Both the position numbers and the translations under genes were made by a program. 64,000 nt of DNA from Auanema rhodensis (lineage: Eukaryota > Animalia > Nematoda). How positions within the stretch are numbered: position 1 is the stretch's first letter; the number at the start of each line of letters is the position of its first letter. The DNA lies in NCBI GenBank assembly GCA_964057225.1, contig CAXKVF010000075.1:558001-622000 (forward strand), read 5' to 3'. Below the pieces are notes generated by a model that was not told where the DNA came from, ran no database searches, and saw only the letters and a list, made by a program, of their open reading frames with translations. This document shows positions 25,001 to 40,000 of this stretch, piece by piece.

Positions 25001-28000
25001 ATTTACGTGAACTTTAATTTATGCTAATTAAATGTACACGTGATGTGCACTTGGTATGTAACTCGCTTCACGTGAAAGATAAAGAGATGCGGTTTTCAAA
25101 ATTAGATTCCCCATGTCCATATTAGTCTAAAAACAAATTTTTATTGATATTGGTGCATGGTAACCATGACTTTGAAATTTACGTGAACTTTAATTTATGC
25201 TAATTAAATGTACACGTGATGTGCACTTGGTATGTAACTCGCTTCACGTGAAAGATAAAGAGATGCGGTTTTCAAAATTAGATTCCCCATGTCCATATTA
25301 GTCTAAAAACAAATTTTTATTGATATTGGTGCATGGTAACCATGACTTTGAAATTTACGTGAACTTTAATTTATGCTAATTAAATGTACACGTGATGTGC
25401 ACTTGTTATGTAACTCGCTTCACGTGAAAGATGAAGAGATGCGGTTTTCAAAATTAGATTCCCCATGTCCATATTAGTCTAAAAACAAATTTTTATTGAT
25501 ATTGGTGCATGGTAACCATGACTTTGAAATTTACGTGAACTTTAATTTATACTAATTAAATGTACACGTGATGTGCACTTGGTATGTAACTCGCTTCACG
25601 TGAAAGATGAAGAGATGCGGTTTTCAAAATTAGATTCCCCATGTCCATATTAGTCTAAAAACAAATTTTTATTGATATTGGTGCATGGTAACCATGACTT
25701 TGAAATTTACGTGAACTTTAATTTATGCTAATTAAATGTACACGTGATGTGCACTTGGTATGTAACTCGCTTCACGTGAAAGATAAAGAGATGCGGTTTT
25801 CAAAATTAGATTCCCCATGTCCATATTAGTCTAAAAACAAATTTTTATTGATATTGGTGCATGGTAACCATGACTTTGAAATTTACGTGAACTTTAATTT
25901 ATGCTAATTAAATGTACACGTGATGTGCACTTGGTATGTAACTCGCTTCACGTGAAAGATAAAGAGATGCGGTTTTCAAAATTAGGTTCCCCATGTCCAT
26001 ATTAGTCTAAAAACAAATTTTTATTGATATTGGTTCATGGTAACCATGACTTTGAAATTTACGTGAACTTTAATTTATGCTAATTAAATGTACACGTGAT
26101 GTGCACTTGGTATGTAACTCGCTTCACGTGAAAGATAAAGAGATGCGGTTTTCAAAATTAGATTCCCCATGTCCATATTAGTCTAAAAACAAATTTTTAT
26201 TGATATTGCTTCATGGTAACCATGACTTTGAAATTTACGTGAACTTTAATTTATGCTAATTAAATGTACACGTGATGTGTACTTGGTATGTAACTCGCTT
26301 CACGTGAAAGATAAAGAGATGCGGTTTTCAAAATTAGATTCCCCATGTCCATATTAGTCTAAAAACAATTTTTTATTGATATTGGTTCATGGTAACCATG
26401 ACTTTGAAATTTACGTGAACTTTAATTTATGCTTATTAAATGTACACGTGATGTGCACTTGGTATGTAACTCGCTTCACGTGAAAGATAAAGAGATGCGG
26501 TTTTCAAAATTAGATTCCCCATGTCCATATTAGTCTAAAAACAAATTTTTATCGATATTGCTTCATGGTAACCATGACTTTGAAATTTACGTGAACTTTA
26601 ATTTATGCTAATTAAATGTACACGTGATGTGCACTTGGAATGTAACTCGCTTCACGTGAAAGATAAAGAGATGCGGTTTTCAAAATTAGATTCCCCATGT
26701 CCATATTAGTCTAAAAACAAATTTTTATTGATATTGGTGCATGGTAACCATGACTTTGAAATTTACGTGAACTTTAATTTATACTAATTAAATGTACACG
26801 TGATGTGCACTTGGTATGTAACTTGCTTCACGTGAAAGATAAAGTGATGCGGTTTTCAAAATTAGATTCCCCATGTCCATATTAGTCTAAAAACAAATTT
26901 TTATTGATATTGGTTCATGGTAACCATGACTTTGAAATTTACGTGAACTTTAATTTATGCTAATTAAATGTACACGTGATGTGCACTTGGTATGTAACTC
27001 GCTTCACGTGAAAGATAAAGAGATGCGGTTTTCAAAATTTGATTCCCCATGTCCATATTAGTCTAAAAACAAATTTTTATTGATATTGGTTCATGGTAAC
27101 CATGACTTTGAAATTTACGTGAACTTTAATTTATGCTAATTAAATGTACACGTGATGTGCACTTGGTATGTAACTCGCTTCACGTGAAAGATAAAGAGAT
27201 GCGGTTTTCAAAATTAGATTCCCCATGTCCATATTAGTCTAAAAACAAATTTTTATTGATATTGGTGCATGGTAACCATGACTTTGAAATTTACGTGAAC
27301 TTTAATTTATGCTAATTAAATGTACACGTGATGTGCACTTGGTATGTAACTAGCTTCACGTGAAAGATAAAGAGATGCGGTTTTCAAAATTAGATTCCCC
27401 ATGTACATATTAGTCTAAAAACAAATTTTTATTGATATTGGTTCATGGTAACCATGACTTTGAAATTTACGTGAACTTTAATTTATGCTAATTAAATGTA
27501 CACGTGATGTGCACTTGGTATGTAACTCGCTTCACGTGAAAGATAAAGAGATGCGGTTTTCAACATTAGATTCCCCATGTCCATATTAGTCTAAAAACAA
27601 ATTTTTATTGATATTGGTGCATGGTAACCATTACTTTGAAATTTACGTGAACTTTAATTTATGCTAATTAAATGTACACGTGATGTGCACTTGGTATGTA
27701 ACTCGCTTCACGTGAAAGATAAAGAGATGCGGTTTTCAAAATTAGATTCCCCATGTCCATATTAGTCTAAAAACAAATTTTTATTGATATTGGTGCATGG
27801 TAACCATGACTTTGAAATTTACGTGAACTTTAATTTATGCTAATTAAATGTACACGTGATGTGCACTTGGTATGTAACTCGCTTCACGTGAAAGATAAAG
27901 AGATGCGGTTTTCAAAATTAGATTCCCCATGTCCATTTCAGTCTAAAAACAAATTTTTATTGATATTGGTGCATGGTAACCATGACTTTGAAATTTACGT

Positions 28001-31000
28001 GAACTTTAATTTATGCTAATTAAATGTACACGTGATGTGCACTTGGTATGTAACTCGCTTCACGTGAAAGATAAAGAGATGCGGTTTTCAAAATTAGATT
28101 CCCCATGTCCATTTTAGTCTAAAAACAAATTTTTATTGATATTGGTGCATGGTAACCATGACTTTGAAATTTACGTGAACTTTAAATTATGCTAATTAAA
28201 TGTACACGTGATGTGCACTTGGTATGTAACTCGCTTCACGTGAAAGATAAAAAGATGCGGTTTTCAAAATTAGATTCCCCATGTCCATATTAGTCTTAAA
28301 ACAAATTTTTATTGATATTGGTTCATGGTAACCATGACTTTGAAATTTACGTTAACTTTAATTTATGCTAATTAAATGTACACGTGATGTGCACTTGGTA
28401 TGTAACTCGCTTCACGTGAAAGATAAAGAGATGCGGTTTTCAAAATTGGATTCCCCATGTCCATATTAGTCTAAAAACAAATTTTTATTGATATTGGTGC
28501 ATGGTAACCATGACTTTGAAATTTACGTGAACTTTAATTTATGCTAATTAAATGTACACGTGATGTGCACTTGGTATGTAACTCGCTTCACGTGAAAGAT
28601 AAAGAGATGCGGTTTTCAAAATTAGGTTCCCCATGTCCATATTAGTCTAAAAACAAATTTTTATTGATATTGGTTCATGGTAACCATGACTTTGAAATTT
28701 ACGTGAACTTTAATTTATGCTAATTAAATGTACACGTGATGTGCACTTGGTATGTAACTCGCTTCACGTGAAAGATAAAGAGATGCGGTTTTCAAAATTA
28801 GATTCCCCATGTCCATATTAGTCTAAAAACAAATTTTTATTGATATTGGTGCATGGTAACCATGACTTTGAAATTTACGTGAACTTTAATTTATGCTAAT
28901 TAAATGTACACGTGATGTGCACTTGGTATGTAACTCGCTTCACGTGAAAGATAAAGAGATGCGGTTTACAAAATTAGATTCCCCATGTCCATATTAGTCT
29001 AAAAACAAATTTTTATTGATATTGGTGCATGGTAACCATGACTTTGAAATTTACGTGAACTTTAATTTATGCTAATTAAATGTACACGTGATGTGCACTT
29101 GGTATGTAACTCGCTTCACGTGAAAGATGAAGAGATGCGGTTTTCAAAATTAGATTCCCCATGTCCATATTAGTCTAAAAACAAATTTTTATTGATATTG
29201 GTGCATGGTAACCATGACTTTGAAATTTACGTGAACTTTAATTTATGCTAATTAAATGTACACGTGATGTGCACTTGGTATGTAACTCGCTTCACGTGAA
29301 AGATAAAGAGATGCGGTTTTCAAAATTAGATTCCCCATGTCCATATTAGTCTAAAAACAAATTTTTATTGATATTGGTGCATGGTAACCATGACTTTGAA
29401 ATTTACGTGAACTTTAATTTATGCTAATTAAATGTACACGTGATGTGCACTTGGTATGTAACTCGCTTCACGTGAAAGATAAAGAGATGCGGTTTTCAAA
29501 ATTAGGTTCCCCATGTCCATATTAGTCTAAAAACAAATTTTTATTGATATTGGTTCATGGTAACCATGACTTTGAAATTTGCGTGAACTTTAATTTATGC
29601 TAATTAAATGTACACGTGATGTGCACTTGGTATGTAACTCGCTTCACGTGAAAGATAAAGAGATGCGGTTTTCAAAATTAGATTCCCCATGTCCATATTA
29701 GTCTAAAAACAAATTTTTATTGATATTGCTTCATGGTAACCATGACTTTGAAATTTACGTGAACTTTAATTTATGCTAATTAAATGTACACGTGATGTGC
29801 ACTTGGTATGTAACTCGCTTCACGTGAAAGATAAAAAGATGCGGTTTTCAAAATTAGATTCCCCATGTCCATATTAGTCTTAAAACAAATTTTTATTGAT
29901 ATTGGTTCATGGTAACCATGACTTTGAAATTTACGTTAACTTTAATTTATGCTAATTAAATGTACACGTGATGTGCACTTGGTATGTAACTCGCTTCACG
30001 TGAAAGATAAAGAGATGCGGTTTTCAAAATTAGATTCCCCATGTCCATATTAGTCTAAAAACAAATTTTTATTGATATTGCTTCATGGTAACCATGACTT
30101 TGAAATTTACGTGAACTTTAATTTATGCTAATTAAATGTACACGTGATGTGCACTTGGTATGTAACTCGCTTCACGTGAAAGATAAAGAGATGCGGTTTT
30201 TAAAATTAGATTCCCCATGTCCATATTAGTCTAAAAACAAATTTTTATTGATATTGGTGCATGGTAACCATGACTTTGAAATTTACGTGAACTTTAATTT
30301 ATGCTAATTAAATGTACACGTGATGTGCACTTGGTATGTAACTCGCTTCACGTGAAAGATAAAGAGATGCGGTTTTCAAAATTAGATTCCCCATGTCCAT
30401 ATTAGTCTAAAAACAAATTTTTATTGATATTGGTGCATGGTAACCATGACTTTGAAATTTACGTGAACTTTAATTTATGCTAATTAAATGTACACGTGAT
30501 GTGCACTTGGTATGTAACTCGCTTCACGTGAAAGATAAAGAGATGCGGTTTTCAAAATTAGATTCCCCATGTCCATATTAGTCTAAAAACAAATTTTTAT
30601 TGATATTGGTTCATGGTAACCATGACTTTGAAATTTACGTGAACTTTAATTCATGCTAATTAAATGTACACGTGATGTGCACTTGGTATGTAACTCGCTT
30701 CACGTGAAAGATAAAGAGATGCGGTTTTCACAATTAGATTCCCCATGTCCATATTAGTCTAAAAACAAATTTTTATTGATATTGGTGCATGGTAACCATG
30801 ACTTTGAAATTTACGTGAACTTTAATTTATGCTAATTAAATGTACACGTGATGTGCACTTGGTATGTAACTCGCTTCACGTGAAAGATAAAGAGATGCGG
30901 TTTTCAAAATTAGATTCCCCATGTCCATATTAGTCTAAAAACAAATTTTTATTGATATTGGTGCATGGTAACCATGACTTTGAAATTTACGTGAACTTTA

Positions 31001-34000
31001 ATTTATGCTAATTAAATGTACACGTGATGTGCACTTGGTATGTAACTCGCTTCACGTGAAAGATAAAGAGATGCGGTTTTCAAAATTAGATTCCCCATGT
31101 CCATATTAGTCTAAAAACAAATTTATATTGATATTGCTTCATGGTAACCATGACTTTGAAATTTACGTGAACTTTAATTTATGCTAATTAAATGTACACG
31201 TGATGTGCACTTGGTATGTAACTCGCTTCACGTGAAAGATAAAGAGATGCGGTTTTCAAAATTAGATTCCCCATGTCCATATTAGTCTAAAAACAAATTT
31301 TTATTGATATTGGTGCATGGTAACCATGACTTTGAAATTTACGTGAACTTTAATTTATGCTAATTAAATGTACACGTGATGTGCACTTGGTATGTAACTC
31401 GCTTCACGTGAAAGATAAAGAGATGCGGTTTTCAAAATTAGATTCCCCATGTCCATATTAGTCTAAAAACAAATTTTTATTGATATTGGTGCATGGTAAC
31501 CATGACTTTGAAATTTACGTGAACTTTAATTTATGCTAATTAAATGTACACGTGATGTGCACTTGGTATGTAACTCGCTTCACGTGAAAGATAAAGAGAT
31601 GCGGTTTTCAAAATTAGATTCCCCATGTCCATATTAGTCTAAAAACAAATTTTTATTGATATTGGTTCATGGTAACCATGACTTTGAAATTTACGTGAAC
31701 TTTAATTCATGCTAATTAAATGTACACGTGATGTGCACTTGGTATGTAACTCGCTTCACGTGAAAGATAAAGAGATGCGGTTTTCACAATTAGATTCCCC
31801 ATGTCCATATTAGTCTAAAAACAAATTTTTATTGATATTGGTGCATGGTAACCATGACTTTGAAATTTACGTGAACTTTAATTTATGCTAATTAAATGTA
31901 CACGTGATGTGCACTTGGTATGTAACTCGCTTCACGTGAAAGATAAAGAGATGCGGTTTTCAAAATTAGATTCCCCATGTCCATATTAGTCTAAAAACAA
32001 ATTTTTATTGATATTGGTGCATGGTAACCATGACTTTGAAATTTACGTGAACTTTAATTTATGCTAATTAAATGTACACGTGATGTGCACTTGGTATGTA
32101 ACTCGCTTCACGTGAAAGATAAAGAGATGCGGTTTTCAAAATTAGATTCCCCATGTCCATATTAGTCTAAAAACAAATTTATATTGATATTGCTTCATGG
32201 TAACCATGACTTTGAAATTTACGTGAACTTTAATTTATGCTAATTAAATGTACACGTGATGTGCACTTGGTATGTAACTCGCTTCACGTGAAAGATAAAG
32301 AGATGCGGTTTTCAAAATTAGATTCCCCATGTCCATATTAGTCTAAAAACAATTTTTTATTGATATTGGTTCATGGTAACCATGACTTTGAAATTTACGT
32401 GAACTTTAATTTATGCTAATTAAATGTACACGTGATGTGCACTTGGTATGTAACTCGCTTCACGTGAAAGATAAAGAGATGCGGTTTTCAAAATTAGATT
32501 CCCCATGTCCATATTAGTCTAAAAACAAATTTATATTGAAATTGCTTCATGGTAACCATGACTTTGAAATTTACGTGAACTTTAATTTATGCTAATTAAA
32601 TGTACACGTGATGTGCACTTGGTATGTAACTCGCTTCACGTGAAAGATAAAGAGATGCGGTTTTCAAAATTAGATTCCCCATGTCCATATTAGTCTAAAA
32701 ACAAATTTTTATTGATATTGCTTCATGGTAACCATGACTTTGAAATTTACGTGAACTTTAATTTATGCTAATTAAATGTACACGTGATGTGCACTTGGTA
32801 TGTAACTCGCTTCACGTGAAAGATAAAGAGATGCGGTTTTCAAAATTAGATTCCCCATGTCCATATTAGTCTAAAAACAATTTTTTATTGATATTGGTTC
32901 ATGGTAACCATGACTTTGAAATTTACGTGAACTTTAATTTATGCTAATTAAATGTACACGTGATGTGCACTTGGTATGTAACTCGCTTCACGTGAAAGAT
33001 AAAGAGATGCGGTTTTCAAAATTAGATTCCCCATGTCCATATTAGTCTAAAAACAATTTTTTATTGATATTGGTTCATGGTAACCATGACTTTGAAATTT
33101 ACGTGAACTTTAATTTATGCTAATTAAATGTACACTTGATGTGCACTTGGTATGTAACTCGCTTCACGTGAAAGATAAAGAGATGCGGTTTTCAAAATTA
33201 GGTTCCCCATGTCCATATTAGTCTAAAAACAAATTTTTATTGATATTGCTTCATGGTAACCATGACTTTGAAATTTACGTGAACTTTAATTTATGCTAAT
33301 TAAATGTACACGTGATGTGCACTTGGTATGTAACTCGCTTCACGTGAAAGATAAAGAGATGCGGTTTTCAAAATTAGATTCCCCATGTCCATATTAGTCT
33401 AAAAACAAATTTTAATTGATATTGGTTCATGGTAACCATGACTTTGAAATTTACGTGAACTTTAATTTATGCTAATTAAATGTACACGTGATGTGCACTT
33501 GGTATGTAACTCGCTTCACGTGAAAGATAAAGAGATGCGGTTTTCAAAATTAGGTTCCCCATGTCCATATTAGTCTAAAAACAAATTTTTATTGATATTG
33601 GTTCATGGTAACCATGACTTTGAAATTTACGTGAACTTTAATTTATGCTAATTAAATGTACACGTGATGTGCACTTGGTATGTAACTCGCTTCACGTGAA
33701 AGATAAAGAGATGCGGTTTTCAAAATTAGATTCCCCATGTCCATATTAGTCTAAAAACAAATTTTTATTGATATTGGTGCATGGTAACCATGACTTTGAA
33801 ATTTACGTGAACTTTAATTTATGCTAATTAAATGTACACGTGATGTGCACTTGGTATGTAACTCGCTTCACGTGAAAGATAAAGAGATGCGGTTTTCAAA
33901 ATTAGATTCCCCATGTCCATATCAGTCTAAAAACAAATTTTTATTGATATTGGTTCATGGTAACCATGACTTTGAAATTTACGTGAACTTTAATTTATGC

Positions 34001-37000
34001 TAATTAAATGTACACGTGATGTGCACTTGGTATGTAACTCGCTTCACGTGAAAGATAATGAGATGCGGTTTTCAAAATTAGATTCCCCATGTCCATATTA
34101 GTCTAAAAACAAATTTTTATTGATATTGGTGCATGGTAACCATGACTTTGAAATTTACGTGAACTTTAATTTATGCTAATTAAATGTACACGTGATGTGC
34201 ACTTGGTATGTAACTCGCTTCACGTGAAAGATGAAGAGATGCGGTTTTCAAAATTAGATTCCCCATGTCCATATTAGTCTAAAAACAATTTTTTATTGAT
34301 ATTGGTGCATGGTAACCATGACTTTGAAATTTACGTGAACTTTAATTTATGCTAATTAAATGTACACGTGATGTGCACGTGGTATGTAACTCGCTTAACG
34401 TGAAAGATAAAGAGATGCGGTTTTCAAAATTAGATTCCCCATGTCCATATTAGTCTAAAAACAAATTTTTATTGATATTGGTGCATGGTAACCATGACTT
34501 TGAAATTTACGTGAACTTTAATTTATGCTAATTAAATGTACACGTGATGTGCACTTGGTATGTAACTCGCTTCACGTGAAAGATAAAGAGATGCGGTTTT
34601 CAAAATTAGGTTCCCCATGTCCATATTAGTCTAAAAACAAATTTTTATTGATATTGGTTCATGGTAACCATGACTTTGAAATTTACGTGAACTTTAATTT
34701 ATGCTAATTAAATGTACACGTGATGTGCACTTGGTATGTAACTCGCTTCACGTGAAAGATAAAGAGATGCGGTTTTCAAAATTAGATTCCCCATGTCCAT
34801 ATTAGTCTAAAAACAAATTTTTATTGATATTGCTTCATGGTAACCATGACTTTGAAATTTACGTGAACTTTAATTTATGCTAATTAAATGTACACGTGAT
34901 GTGCACTTGGTATGTAACTCGCTTCACGTGAAAGATAAAGAGATGCGGTTTTCAAAATTAGATTCCCCATGTCCATATTAGTCTAAAAACAATTTTTTAT
35001 TGATATTGGTTCATGGTAACCATGACTTTGAAATTTACGTGAACTTTAATTTATGCTAATTAAATGTACACGTGATGTGCACTTGGTATGTAACTCGCTT
35101 CACGTGAAAGATAAAGAGATGCGGTTTTCAAAATTAGATTCCCCATGTCCATATTAGTCTAAAAACGAATTTTTATTGATATTGGTGCATGGTAACCATG
35201 ACTTTGAAATTTACGTGAACTTTAATTTATGCTAATTAAATGTACACGTGATGTGCACTTGGTATGTAACTCGCTTCACGTGAAAGATAAAGAGATGCGG
35301 TTTTCAAAATTAGATTCCCCATGTCCATATTAGTCTAAAAACAAATTTTTATTGATATTGGTGCATGGTAACCATGACTTTGAAATTTACGTGAACTTTA
35401 ATTTATGCTAATTAAATGTACACGTGATGTGCACTTGGTATGTAACTCGCTTCACGTGAAAGATGAAGAGATGCGGTTTTCAAAATTAGATTCCCCATGT
35501 CCATATTAGTCTAAAAACAATTTTTTATTGATATTGGTGCATGGTAACCATGACTTTGAAATTTACGTGAACTTTAATTTATGCTAATTAAATGTACACG
35601 TGATGTGCACGTGGTATGTAACTCGCTTCACGTGAAAGATAAAGAGATGCGGTTTTCAAAATTAGATTCCCCATGTCCATATTAGTCTAAAAACAAATTT
35701 TTATTGATATTGGTGCATGGTAACCATGACTTTGAAATTTACGTGAACTTTAATTTATGCTAATTAAATGTACACGTGATGTGCACTTGGTATGTAACTC
35801 GCTTCACGTGAAAGATAAAGAGATGCGGTTTTCAAAATTAGGTTCCCCATGTCCATATTAGTCTAAAAACAAATTTTTATTGATATTGGTTCATGGTAAC
35901 CATGACTTTGAAATTTACGTGAACTTTAATTTATGCTAATTAAATGTACACGTGATGTGCACTTGGTATGTAACTCGCTTCACGTGAAAGATAAAGAGAT
36001 GCGGTTTTCAAAATTAGATTCCCCATGTCCATATTAGTCTAAAAACAAATTTTTATTGATATTGCTTCATGGTAACCATGACTTTGAAATTTACGTGAAC
36101 TTTAATTTATGCTAATTAAATGTACACGTGATGTGCACTTGGTATGTAACTCGCTTCACGTGAAAGATAAAGAGATGCGGTTTTCAAAATTAGATTCCCC
36201 ATGTCCATATTAGTCTAAAAACAATTTTTTATTGATATTGGTTCATGGTAACCATGACTTTGAAATTTACGTGAACTTTAATTTATGCTAATTAAATGTA
36301 CACGTGATGTGCACTTGGTATGTAACTCGCTTCACGTGAAAGATGAAGAGATGCGGTTTTCAAAATTAGATTCCCCATGTCCATATTAGTCTAAAAACAA
36401 TTTTTTATTGATATTGGTGCATGGTAACCATGACTTTGAAATTTACGTGAACTTTAATTTATGCTAATTAAATGTACACGTGATGTGCACTTGGTATGTA
36501 ACTCGCTTCACGTGAAAGATAAAGAGATGCGGTTTTCAAAATTAGGTTCCCCATGTCCATATTAGTCTAAAAACAAATTTTTATTGATATTGGTACATGG
36601 TAACCATGACTTTGAAATTTACGTGAACTTTAATTTATGCTTATTAAATGTACACGTGATGTGCACTTGGTATGTAACTCGCTTCACGTGAAAGATAAAG
36701 AGATGCGGTTTTCAAAATTAGATTCCCCATGTCCATATTAGTCTAACAACAAATTTTAATTGATATTGGTTCATGGTAACCATGACTTTGAAATTTACGT
36801 GAACTTTAATTTATGCTAATTAAATGTACACGTGATGTGCACTTGGTATGTAACTCGCTTCACGTGAAAGATAAAAAGATGCGGTTTTCAAAATTAGATT
36901 CCCCGTGTCCATATTAGTCGAAAAACAAATTTTTATTGATATTGCTTCATGGTAACCATGACTTTGAAATTTACGTGAACTTTAATTTATGCTAATTAAA

Positions 37001-40000
37001 TGTACACGTGATGTGCACTTGGTATGTAACTCGCTTCACGTGAAAGATAAAGAGATGCGGTTTTCAAAATTAGATTCCCCATGTCCATATTAGTCTAAAA
37101 ACAAATTTTAATTGATATTGGTTCATGGTAACCATGACTTTGAAATTTACGTGAACTTTAATTTATGCTATTTAAATGTACACGTGATGTGCACTTGGTA
37201 TGTAACTCGCTTCACGTGAAAGATAAAGAGATGCGGTTTTCAAAATTAGATTCCCCATGTCCATATTAGTCTAAAAACATTTTTTTATTGATATTGGTGC
37301 ATGGTAACCATGACTTTGAAATTTACGTGAACTTTAAATTATGCTAATTAAATGTACACGTGATGTGCACTTGGTATGTAACTCGCTTCACGTGAAAGAT
37401 AAAGAGATGCGGTTTTCAAAATTAGATTCCTCATGTCCATATTAGTCTAAAAACAAATTTTTATTGATATTGCTTCATGGTAACCATGACTTTGAAATTT
37501 ACGTGAACTTTAATTTATGCTAATTAAATGTACACGTGATGTGCACTTGGTATGTAACTCGCTTCACGTGAAAGATAAAGAGATGCGGTTTTCAAAATTA
37601 GATTCCCCATGTCCATATTAGTCTAAAAACAAATTTTTATTGATATTGGTTCATGGTAACCATGACTTTGAAATTTACGTTAACTTTAATTTATGCTAAT
37701 TAAATGTACACGTGATGTGCACTTGGTATGTAACTCGCTTCACGTGAAAGATAAAGAGATGCGGTTTTCAAAATTAGATTCCCCATGTCCATATTAGTCT
37801 AAAAACAAATTTTTATTGATATTGGTGCATGGTAACCATGACTTTGAAATTTACGTGAACTTTAAATTATGCTAATTAAATGTACACGTGATGTGCACTT
37901 GGTATGTAACTCGCTTCACGTGAAAGATAAAAAGATGCGGTTTTCAAAATTAGATTCCCCATGTCCATATTAGTCTAAAAACAAATTTTTATTGATATTG
38001 GTGCATGGTAACCATGACTTTGAAATTTACGTGAACTTTAATTTATGCTAATTAAATGTACACGTGATGTGCACTTGGTATGTAACTCGCTTCACGTGAA
38101 AGATAAAGAGATGCGGTTTTCAAAATTGGATTCCCCATGTCCATATTAGTCTAAAAACAAATTTTTATTGATATTGGTTCATGGTAACCATGACTTTGAA
38201 ATTTACGTGAACTTTAATTTACGCTAATTAAATGTACACGTGATGTGCACTTGGTATGTAACTCGCTTCACGTGAAAGATAAAGAGATGCGGTTTTCAAA
38301 ATTAGATTCCCCATGTCCATATTAGTCTAAAAACAAATTTTTATTGATATTGGTTCATGGTAACCATGACTTTGAAATTTACGTTAACTTTAATTTATGC
38401 TAATTAAATGTACACGTGATGTGCACTTGGTATGTAACTCGCTTCACGTGAAAGATAAAGAGATGCGGTTTTCAAAATTAGATTCCCCATGTCCATATTA
38501 GTCTAAAAACAAATTTTTATTGATATTGGTGCATGGTAACCATGACTTTGAAATTTACGTGAACTTTAAATTATGCTAATTAAATGTACACGTGATGTGC
38601 ACTTGGTATGTAACTCGCTTCACGTGAAAGATAAAAAGATGCGGTTTTCAAAATTAGATTCCCCATGTCCATATTAGTCTAAAAACAAATTTTTATTGAT
38701 ATTGGTTCATGGTAACCATGACTTTGAAATTTACGTTAACTTTAATTTATGCTAATTAAATGTACACGTGATGTGCACTTGGTATGTAACTCGCTTCACG
38801 TGAAAGATAAAGAGATGCGGTTTTCAAAATTGGATTCCCCATGTCCATATTAGTCTAAAAACAAATTTTTATTGATATTGGTGCATGGTAACCATGACTT
38901 TGAAATTTACGTGAACTTTAATTTATGCTAATTAAATGTACACGTGATGTGCACTTGGTATGTAACTCGCTTCACGTGAAAGATAAAGAGATGCGGTTTT
39001 CAAAATTAGATTCCCCATGTCCATATTAGTCTAAAAACAAATTTTTATTGATATTGGTGCATGGTAACCATGACTTTGAAATTTACGTGAACTTTAATTT
39101 ATGCTAATTAAATGTACACGTGATGTGCACTTGGTATGTAACTCGCTTCACGTGAAAGATAAATAGATGCGGTTTTCAAAATTAGATTCCCCATGTCCAT
39201 ATTAGTCTAAAAACAAATTTTTATTGATATTGGTGCATGGTAACCATGACTTTGAAATTTACGTGAACTTTAAATTATGCTAATTAAATGTACACGTGAT
39301 GTGCACTTGGTATGTAACTCGCTTCACGTGAAAGATAAAAAGATGCGGTTTTCAAAATTAGATTCCCCATGTCCATATTAGTCTAAAAACAAATTTTTAT
39401 TGATATTGGTTCATGGTAACCATGACTTTGAAATTTACGTTAACTTTAATTTATGCTAATTAAATGTACACGTGATGTGCACTTGGTATGTAACTCGCTT
39501 CACGTGAAAGATAAAGAGATGCGGTTTTCAAAATTGGATTCCCCATGTCCATATTAGTCTAAAAACAAATTTTTATTGATATTGGTGCATGGTAACCATG
39601 ACTTTGAAATTTACGTGAACTTTAATTTATGCTAATTAAATGTACACGTGATGTGCACTTGGTATGTAACTCGCTTCACGTGAAAGATAAAGAGATGCGG
39701 TTTTCAAAATTAGATTCCCCATGTCCATATTAGTCTAAAAACAAATTTTTATTGATATTGGTGCATGGTAACCATGACTTTGAAATTTACGTGAACTTTA
39801 ATTTATGCTAATTAAATGTACACGTGATGTGCACTTGGTATGTAACTCGCTTCACGTGAAAGATAAATAGATGCGGTTTTCAAAATTAGATTCCCCATGT
39901 CCATATTAGTCTAAAAACAAATTTTTATTGATATTGGTGCATGGTAACCATGACTTTGAAATTTACGTGAACTTTAAATTATGCTAATTAAATGTACACG

